A stretch of 64,000 nt of DNA from Candidatus Thorarchaeota archaeon (GTDB taxonomy: Archaea; Asgardarchaeota; Thorarchaeia; Thorarchaeales; Thorarchaeaceae), in assembly GCA_963726195.1 (NCBI GenBank), contig CAVSBO010000013.1:1-64000 (forward strand). Direction: 5' to 3'. Shown piece after piece: positions 1-7,964 of this stretch. The notes beneath the pieces were generated by a model. The model was not told the DNA's origin. It ran no database searches and saw nothing but the letters and a program-made list of their open reading frames with translations. Position 1 is the first letter of the stretch, and each line of letters opens with the position of its first letter. Made by a program: the position numbers and the translations under genes.

Positions 1-729
1 CCTCTCGGTCCAATAATGTAGTGCTTCGGAATCTCCACGTTCTCAATATTGAATCCGCCAGTGGACACACCCATCCTACCCATGTCCTCAAAGAGCGTGG
101 TCGTGATTCCCTTTGTCAATCCCTTGCCCAAGTTCAGCGGCAGAATGAATGAATCGAATGCATTGTGGCTGCCCTTCGGGTCAGACTTTCCGAGTGTCCA
201 GTACACACCGCCGTACTTCTCCGACTCCCGAACGCCGCTGATGTAGACCTTCTCTCCATTCACAACGAACGAAGTTGCCCTTCGGATCCTTGGGCTTGAT
301 GACTGTCCTTGTCGTGTTCACAAGGTCAGACCCACCAGTCGGCTCAGTCGTTGCGATACCGAAGAACAGGTCGCCTTTCGTAACCCTAGGCAGTATCTCC
401 TTCTTCGCTTCGGGCGTGCCGTACAAATCGAATATCAGCGCCCATGATGCCTCGACCAGATACATGACCGGCAGCGCAATCGAGAGGTCAGCCTTTGCCA
501 ACTCCTCAGCCGCGATACATGCCATGGTCATCGAGAGCCCAGCACCGCCGTACTCCTCAGAAACGGTCGGCGCCCAGAGCATCTGCTCTCCCATCTTCTT
601 GACCAGATCCCGTGGGACCTCGTGAGTCTTCTCATCATAGGTCTTCCAGACCGGTGCAACATACCTCTGCGCAAACTCGTGCACAGAGTCCCGGAACATC
701 TTCTCCTCATCTGACTCTTCAAAGTGCAT
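1..729 (-). CDS. Acyl-CoA dehydrogenase (runs off window; +1 frameshift near 265-275)
   Basis: EEYGGAGL, IATTEPTGGSD; continues in shifted frame as VNGEKVYISG...MGRMGVSTG. Confidence 0.9.
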
Positions 730-813
730 CTCAAACTACCTCGTTCAGACTGTATCCATAGTGAGATGAAGCGGTCTGGAAAGTGGCTCCCTTATAGTTC
801 CTTCGTAATAATC
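711..813. repeat. ~100-bp direct repeat copy 1 (5' end and upstream region of the acyl-CoA dehydrogenase gene)
   Basis: Ungapped alignment to 3691-3793, 13 mismatches over 711-810. Confidence 0.9.
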
Positions 814-1170
814 AAGTCCTGTCACAGGTGGCCCTGATCGCAGAGGCGGGTATTAGATTGTGAATGCCGCGGTTCCTCCGTAGGCTCAAGCAACCGGGAG
901 CGTAGCATCAAGTTCAGACTGGTTTCATAGCACTCTACGCAGTCGTGGTTGTATCACGAAAGAGACGGCAGAAGATATCGCCGTCTATCAATGTGTTTAC
1001 TTACATCGCCCTAAACACTGAGTCCGGTTCTCAATGGCAGAGTTTTTCTTCGTTCTTTTTATGCAGACCTCTGTATGGATTGTATTCTAATCCTACTGGT
1101 TGTTCACTAGGAGAGGAGTCCGGATGAGGGAATACAACGCGCGCAACAATCGAAGGAGAGTGGCTAGAGA

Positions 1171-1954
1171 TTGACGATGGCACTCACTGTTGGGAATCTG
1201 GTAAAGTCGTTTGGAGACTTAGTGGCTGTCAACGGCCTGTCATTTGAAGTGAATCCAGGCGAGATCTTCGGGCTGCTGGGACCCAATGGTGCTGGTAAGA
1301 GCACCACTATCAAGATTATCATGGGCCTGCTCGATGCTGATAGCGGCGGGACACGAGTTTTTGGTGTTTCATCGAAGGATAACCCAATGGAAGTCAAGCG
1401 TCTTGTCGGCTACGTTCCTGAGGAACATGAGTCTATACGAGTCCTTGACGCCGAGACAACTCTTTGACTTTATTGCGTCAGTCAGAAGGCTCGACAAAGA
1501 CAAGGCGAATAAGCGTATCAAGGAGATTGCGGCTGCACTGGACTTCCAGAAGTACTATGACTCCATCATAATAGGCCTCTCCCAAGGGAACAAGCAGAAG
1601 GTAATGCTGATCGCTGCGCTCCTGCATGCACCCAAGCTGCTCATTCTCGATGAGCCCTTCTCTAGTCTCGACGTTCGCACTGTAAGGATAATGAAGGAAA
1701 TAATCCGAATACGTGTGGAACATGGGGGCGCAGTGCTTCTCAGCACACATATCATGGAGATCGCCCAAGGGCTCTGCGACCGAGTTGGCATAATCGATCA
1801 CGGTGTTCTAGTGGGCATCGGTACTCTCGACGAGCTTAGGGCCCAAGCACATAAGGAAGGCGCGACGCTCGAGAGTGTCTTCCTGAAGCTGACAGAACAG
1901 GAGGAGGAGGTCCGCATAGGCATTGACGCACTCAGGGAGGCTCTGTCCGATTGA
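1171..1954 (+). CDS. ABC transporter ATP-binding protein (+1 frameshift ~1425)
   Basis: GPNGAGKST in ORF 1171-1467; LSQGNKQK, LILDEP, STH in ORF 1286-1954. Confidence 0.9.
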
Positions 1955-3587
1955 AACTGCGGGAACGTTGGCGGCTTGCAGGAATCATAGCCACAGAGGT
2001 GCGGTTCAAAGGGTTTCTTGAGGCCAACCCCTCCAATCTTGCGCGCGTGAAAGAGGACCCAGTCAAGGTCACGGGTGCGATGAATCTATCATGGAAAATC
2101 AACGCTTTGGTATCTTTCCTCATGGTCTTGACGCTAGCTGCACTCGTAGCCGGAGTCTCAGCTGACCGATCCATAGGCAGCCCCGGGATCAGTTTCGCGT
2201 TTGCCTACTCGCTCTTTCTACTGTTCAGCTTCGTAATTGTATTCTTTTTCAATCTGACCACAACGTCCGGCTTCTTTGTGTCGAGGGTCATGGACCTTCC
2301 CTCGACACTACCCTTGGAAAGAGAAGAACTGGGACGTCTGGCGTTCTACGCCTTTGCGAGAGTATTCGTGGCACCAACCATCGCTATAGTCACTCTGTTC
2401 CCGGTTGCGAGCTTCATTCTCTTCGGCCCTGCAGCCGCAGCAGTGGTCATCATCGGTGGTGCGACTACCATTGCTCTGTCTATGGGTTCGCTGATAGCCT
2501 TCTCAAGATGGTTCTATGTGAAGACCCACAGCAGCGAGGAGTCGAGGTTGTCAGTTGTTCTCAGACTGGCAACTACCCTCGGTATAATGGTCGGTATCAT
2601 GAGCATCTATGTGCTGGCCAGTATAATGCAGGGGATTGTGAGGTCATTTGTAGGTGTCTCAGCTGTCCTAGGCCCCGGTTTCTTGACAATAATGTCCGCA
2701 GTTTTCCCGTTTTCCTTCGGATTCCTTGTGGCATCGGTCGGATTCGAAGGTTCTCTTTCCGTAGTGACAACTATCGTTGCGGGCGTGACCGCGTCAGGAT
2801 ACGCACTACTCGGTCTCAGGGCCTACAGAATGGTGGGTTCATCTCTCAAATCAATCAGCTTGACGGCGGAACCAAAGGACGAACTGGACCTGCAGGTGCC
2901 GTCACACTTCAGATCGTTAGCCCGATGCGGGCTGTGATTAGGAAGGACATGAAGCTGGCTACCAAGAACATTGAATCTGGAATTATCTTTGCGTTGCCTG
3001 TGTTTCTTGCGATCATAATGTATACAATGATGGTCTTCTGGCACGGTGCTATTCGGAGTACGACCGTCTTGATGGTACTAGGTTATGCCAGCTTCTTCGC
3101 AGGTATCTCGGTACTGTCTGTAATGATGCTAGATACTCAGGGCGCTTCTATTCACGCCGGACTTCCCTTGAGCACAATGGTGGTGCTTAGAGCAAAGGTC
3201 ACTATTGCCCTTGTGGTCTATTTGTTCGGTCTGGGACTTCTATGCATCATCATCATCGCAGCTCAGAATCTCATCACCCCTCTCCTCATCTTCATACCCC
3301 TAGCCCAGATTCCAGCAGGCTACTCGGTACCTATGGTCGTGGGCGGAGTCGTATATAGGACTAGAGGAGCGGGGCATGTCGTGGCAGTCAACCTTAATGC
3401 GGAACCCGCTACCGTCCTTGGTTCAGCTATCCTTGCCAGCATCGTGGGGATGGTGCCTCTATTGGCATACGGGCTCACTCTGATTAACACCGCTTCACAT
3501 ATTGTAAGCCTGGTTGCTCAGGCTGGTACTGCCCTGTTGGAGGCCGGTATCGTGAATCGACTGATTCCCTTGATGCTAAAGGATTAG
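1951..3587 (+). CDS. ABC exporter multi-pass permease (frameshift ~2860)
   Basis: Two overlapping hydrophobic ORFs join at AGCTTGACGG; overlaps ATPase stop. Confidence 0.75.
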
Positions 3588-3690
3588 CATGTGCTTGTCC
3601 TGCTGAACCGTTCTTGCGATTGTGTCTACTGCCGGTTGTTGGAGCGAGTTGCCTCTACATCCGATCATACAGCCTGCCACAGATTTTCCT

Positions 3691-3793
3691 CCGACACTTC
3701 AAAGTGCATCTTGAACTACCTCGTCCAAACTGTATCCATACTGGGATGAGGCGGTCTGAAAAGGGGCCCGCTTATAGTTCCTTCGTAATAGTC
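3691..3793. repeat. ~100-bp direct repeat copy 2; carries a truncated MHFEVSEE... start on the minus strand
   Basis: Matches 711-813. Confidence 0.9.
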
Positions 3794-3809
3794 CTGGGCA
3801 GACATCTGG

Positions 3810-3955
3810 TGAGAGCAAGATCTCATCGGCGGATGAACCGATTCATGCAGAGGTTTCTAGCGGTATTTTACGTAGAGAACGATAGAGTGATTACTGCGTT
3901 CATGATTTCAAAACCTCAGACATTCATGCGGAGAGGAGTAGCATGGCAGAAATAA
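3810..3955 (+). pseudogene. 3' remnant of a small toxin-like gene (DUF4258/RelE-like partner of DUF2283)
   Basis: ...RFLAVFYVENDRVITAFMISKP...GVAWQK overlapping the DUF2283 start; no plausible N-terminus. Confidence 0.55.
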
Positions 3956-4179
3956 ACATCAATCTTGAGAGCGTGGAGGTCAGATACGATTCCGACGATG
4001 ATGTACTCTACGTCAGTTTCGGCGAGCCTCAAGATGCAGATGACTCCGAGCTCTTACCGAATGGAATCGTCGTCAGATACAAAGACGGGAAGCCAATTGG
4101 CTTCACAGTTGAAGGCGCAAAGGGAACCCGACGCCGCGAGTCGCGCCGCAAGGACCGAGCCAGGCGCGTAAGCCACTGA
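3943..4179 (+). CDS. DUF2283 family putative antitoxin, copy 1
   Basis: YDSDDDVLYVSF...GIVVRYKDGKPIGFTV. Confidence 0.8.
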   Translation: MAEININLESVEVRYDSDDDVLYVSFGEPQDADDSELLPNGIVVRYKDGKPIGFTVEGAKGTRRRESRRKDRARRVSH

Positions 4180-4382
4180 CAACATCGGATAGAGTTGGTA
4201 CCAAGGCAGACGACGCAGAGCCCCGGGAATAATCGGAGAGAGGTGGTCATTCTCGTCTCTGAGATAATTCAAGAATACATAGAGCCGAATAGGGATTTCC
4301 CTGCCGTTCCTTCGCTATAGTCCGGGGCACGCATTTGGTGAAAGTATAGTCTGGTCGACAGATGGACAGACTTGCCCGGAAC

Positions 4383-4805
4383 CTAGAGTCTGTGGACGGA
4401 ATTGTCAGTGCTAGATGTGGCTCGATTCCTCGTGGTGACAAAATAAACAAACATGACAGTGGATACGGCTAGGATGTTCCAGACTACCAGTTCCACAATC
4501 GCATAGCCGTAGTAGTACACTCCTGCGACAGTCCCAAGAACAAGCAAAATGCAAAGCGCGAGTCCTGCAGCATTCGAGCCAAGTGGTCGGTAATAATCAC
4601 CCATTTGCTTCCTCTTCCGGCTCAAGACCAAGCTGAGGGGCAGAACAAGGCACACGTAGGGTGCCATATACCACACGGTGTTCACATTAGTCGCATTCAA
4701 TGAGGTCAAAGCGAATACTATCCACTGCATCGACCAGAGAACCGCTATGCTCAAAACAGCCCCTGTAGGTCTAATCGAAAGCACCCCGCAGACAATATTC
4801 TGCAT
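4383..4805 (-). CDS. Small 4-TM membrane protein
   Basis: 140 aa with four hydrophobic segments, divergent from 4932 gene. Confidence 0.6.
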   Translation of the reverse strand: MQNIVCGVLSIRPTGAVLSIAVLWSMQWIVFALTSLNATNVNTVWYMAPYVCLVLPLSLVLSRKRKQMGDYYRPLGSNAAGLALCILLVLGTVAGVYYYGYAIVELVVWNILAVSTVMFVYFVTTRNRATSSTDNSVHRL

Positions 4806-4931
4806 TTGCTATAATAGTCTATCGGATGTTTATGCCGCTACGTTACCACCCGTCTGCATAGCCACTGTTCTTCTTCGAGTCGGAAGGCATATATCCAACT
4901 GCGGCACAAGTCGGATTCGGGGTCTTCAAGA

Positions 4932-5834
4932 TTGAGGAAAGTGCACATTAAGCTGTTTGTAACCATCGTTGCCGCATTATCTCTGATTGCATACGTTGCA
5001 CCAATTCCTGAGTACTGTGCGGCTGAGGTGAACAGCAACCTGAGTGAAGAAATGAACAAGACATCTCTGAACCTACTGCCAGACGGTCCGGTTCCCATAA
5101 ACATTCACGACACGTACCGTGATTCAAGCGGGTACAAGTCGCTCGATGTCGTAGGAATTGGCCTGCTGAAGGGCAAGGATATGTACGTTAACATGACAAT
5201 CAGGGCTCGGACCTATAATGACGCCATGGTGCCAGTTACAGACATAACTACCGACTCTAAGATCATTCTTCCGAGATTCGATGAGATGAGGGCATCTCTT
5301 GCTTCAGCAACACAGGACAGCAAGTCTTCAGGCGCTGCGAACGAGTTTGTTCCTGCATATCAAGACTGGGGCACATTTACTACCTACTATTGGAGGAACG
5401 CGCTGTGTGTGGCTCGGCCAGGGAACGACAGGACATGGGTGGCGTACGATCACCCTGACAATTACTATACATACCATCGAGAACAGTGGAATCTCGATTG
5501 GAGTATGTACGATAGTCCTTCTAGGACAACCATGATTCACTACGGTGTCCACCAGTTTATGGATTTGACAAACCCGCTTTCTATTCTAACTGCCATACTT
5601 GGCTCAATGGCGACCATAATACTGGCAGTTACTAAACTCGTATTGCTTGGGATAGTCCTTGCGGCTCTGGCATTGCTTGGTATCGGCATCCTGGCATTCC
5701 TATTACTCGTTGTGATCTCCGAGCGAGGTGATGGATGGGGATATGTGTGCGGCCCAGGATATTGGCCGTATACTAATTGGTGGTGGGTATCGTTCGGACT
5801 GTGGCGAGATATATGGTGGATAGCCTACTATTGA
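4932..5834 (+). CDS. Secreted protein with C-terminal hydrophobic hairpin and Trp-rich tail (candidate archaeocin precursor)
   Basis: Signal peptide, YDHPDNY segment, ~45-aa almost uncharged stretch, GDGW...WWWVSFGLWRDIWW. Confidence 0.75.
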   Translation: MRKVHIKLFVTIVAALSLIAYVAPIPEYCAAEVNSNLSEEMNKTSLNLLPDGPVPINIHDTYRDSSGYKSLDVVGIGLLKGKDMYVNMTIRARTYNDAMVPVTDITTDSKIILPRFDEMRASLASATQDSKSSGAANEFVPAYQDWGTFTTYYWRNALCVARPGNDRTWVAYDHPDNYYTYHREQWNLDWSMYDSPSRTTMIHYGVHQFMDLTNPLSILTAILGSMATIILAVTKLVLLGIVLAALALLGIGILAFLLLVVISERGDGWGYVCGPGYWPYTNWWWVSFGLWRDIWWIAYY

Positions 5835-5933
5835 TCTCGTAGCCAAAGTACTTAGTCGATGTGTGTGTTGGTTCCCAACGTGCTGCAAATGCATTGGGAA
5901 CCGCACATTCTTTTCTCTTGGTCGGTGGATGAA

Positions 5934-6497
5934 ATGGCAACGCTTTCAATAAGGAATGCATACATCGCAGGTGAATTCGGTAGCGTAGTTGGGGTTGCGG
6001 CAGGGATGTTGAGCATTATCATATTTGTAGCGAACGAAGCAGCCTATGGGATGCTTCAAGGCATAAGGGACATCCTCTGGATAATGTGGCCAGCATTTCA
6101 AGGGCTCGGTTTCGTTGGCCTTTTCAGAGAATACAGGATACAGTCTGCAAGGTTGGCCTTTCTGTTCGCATTGATCACCGCTATCGCCCAAGCTTGTCTG
6201 GTAGTCGTTCTTGCAACGATTGGCTTGCCTCAAGCCATGACCTCACTGTGGGCAGCCTTAGGCCTGACGTTGACCAGCATCTTGGCAGTAACAGCACTCA
6301 CATTCATGATGATCTCTGGAGGGATTGCATTGATGAGAACCAGCCAACATGTCAGATTGCGCCGCCTTTCCTCCTGTGCAGGGTACATATGCATGGTTAC
6401 AGGAATATTGATACTGTCGCCACTGGTGCAAGGTCTGGTTTTCATACCCAATCTGCTCTTGGCACTTCTGTTCGCATCCGAGATTGGCTCAGAGTGA
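5934..6497 (+). CDS. Multi-pass membrane protein (~6 TM)
   Basis: ORF 5859-6497; likely start MATLS at 5934. Confidence 0.7.
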   Translation: MATLSIRNAYIAGEFGSVVGVAAGMLSIIIFVANEAAYGMLQGIRDILWIMWPAFQGLGFVGLFREYRIQSARLAFLFALITAIAQACLVVVLATIGLPQAMTSLWAALGLTLTSILAVTALTFMMISGGIALMRTSQHVRLRRLSSCAGYICMVTGILILSPLVQGLVFIPNLLLALLFASEIGSE

Positions 6498-6784
6498 TTT
6501 CACTTTTCGTCTTGAGCTAACAGGATAGTGCGAGTGCTGAAAGCCCGACTTCGCAGGCTTTCTGATGTTGAGACATAACCCATGAACGACTATCCCTGCA
6601 CCAATGACAGACAGGACTGGTTACCCTATGATCAACGGCAAAGAATTCCTCTGCCGATGATTTGCGGCCCGAGACTCTTCATGTGAGTCTTCAAGGTGCG
6701 CGACATACTGCCTCTTGCATGCTTTTCCATGCCGATGGGGGCGACGGGAAGGGGGCCACGCTATAGGACCTTCGCACGGGACCC

Positions 6785-7010
6785 TAGTCGGCATTTAGAA
6801 GAGTTCAACGGCATGCAGAAGTTCCGGTCTTTGGGAAGAACTCCGTTACGCCCTACTGCTTGCAGGGGAAAGTTCAGACAGATCTTGTTGATTGCAAGCA
6901 ATGAACGGATTCTGGCAGTAATCTAAGGAGACAACGATAGAGTGATTACTGCATATGTGACCTCAAAGCCTCAGACACTCATGAGGAAAGGAGTAGCATG
7001 GCGGAAGTAA
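6785..7010 (+). pseudogene. Decayed toxin-like gene upstream of DUF2283 copy 2
   Basis: RHLEEFNG fragment, internal TAA, then GDNDRVITAYVTSKP...GVAWRK matching 3875-3955. Confidence 0.55.
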
Positions 7011-7228
7011 ACCTCAATCTTGAGAGTGTCGGAGTCAGTTACGATTCTGAAGGAAATGTACTCTATGTGAGCTTCTGCCATCCTCAAGATGCGGATGTCT
7101 CAGGGCTCTTTCCGAACGGGATGGTTGTCAGATACCGTGAGGGGAAGCCAATTGGCTTCACAGTTGTAGGCGCAAAGGGGAGCAGACGGCGCGGGTCACA
7201 CCGCAAGGACCGAGTCACAGGTGAATAA
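6998..7228 (+). CDS. DUF2283 family putative antitoxin, copy 2
   Basis: YDSEGNVLYVSF...REGKPIGFTV; collinear paralog of 3943-4179. Confidence 0.75.
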   Translation: MAEVNLNLESVGVSYDSEGNVLYVSFCHPQDADVSGLFPNGMVVRYREGKPIGFTVVGAKGSRRRGSHRKDRVTGE

Positions 7229-7264
7229 CCCGCTGTATTCTTCGAGTAGACTGAATAGCTGCTT

Positions 7265-7897
7265 TTACTTTTTCATCCCGATTTTGCGCAGCCACTCGGA
7301 TACCTCATTCTCCGCTCTTTTTACATCTCTGCCCCGGACAGCAAGACCATCCAGAATGGCTGACTGCGGCCAAAGCTCTTTGATATCCGTGACACTTCGC
7401 CCCAGACCGCTTCCCTCGTGCGTGCAAAACGGTACAATAGTTTTACCGGAAAAATCGTACTCCGACAAGAATGTTGCAACCGGCCTAGGTATCGTACCCC
7501 ACCAGTCAGGATAACCAACGAAAACCACGTTGTACGATTCCATGTTCTCAACTTTCGTTTTCAATTTCGGCCTGTAGTCCTCTCTGAGTTCCTTGCCTGC
7601 CTGCTCCACGCATTCACCGTAGTCGCTGGGGTATGAATCTGCGGACACAATTTCAAAGATATCGCCGCCGACGCTTTCGTGTATTTGATTAGCAATCACG
7701 CGCGTGTTGCCGGAATGTGAAAAATAAGTCACAAGGATATTCTTTCCTTTTGTGCCCGAGGTATTGTCACTCTTGGCTTTTGATTCTGTCAGTTCAATTT
7801 TCCCGCCCTTTCTTGGACTTGATGGTGCTGAAGCTTTTTCACTTTCATCATCCTTCAACTGCTTGAGCTGGACAGACTTGGTCCAGAGGCACTTCAC
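7265..7897 (-). CDS. Flavodoxin (true start probably ~7790)
   Basis: YFSHSGNT, GYPDWWG, PFCTHEGSG. Confidence 0.9.
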   Translation of the reverse strand: MKCLWTKSVQLKQLKDDESEKASAPSSPRKGGKIELTESKAKSDNTSGTKGKNILVTYFSHSGNTRVIANQIHESVGGDIFEIVSADSYPSDYGECVEQAGKELREDYRPKLKTKVENMESYNVVFVGYPDWWGTIPRPVATFLSEYDFSGKTIVPFCTHEGSGLGRSVTDIKELWPQSAILDGLAVRGRDVKRAENEVSEWLRKIGMKK

Positions 7898-7964
7898 TTA
7901 AACAAGAGGATTATAAGGAGAAGGTCAACGCGAGGCTTCATACCCTGAGACTGATGTTAAGGGC

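Noticed and set aside
6537-6570. GAAA...CTGATG as a hammerhead ribozyme or SECIS
   Set aside because: No stem I and the core reads CTGATGT; the helix is too short for a SECIS and no upstream in-frame TGA gene exists.
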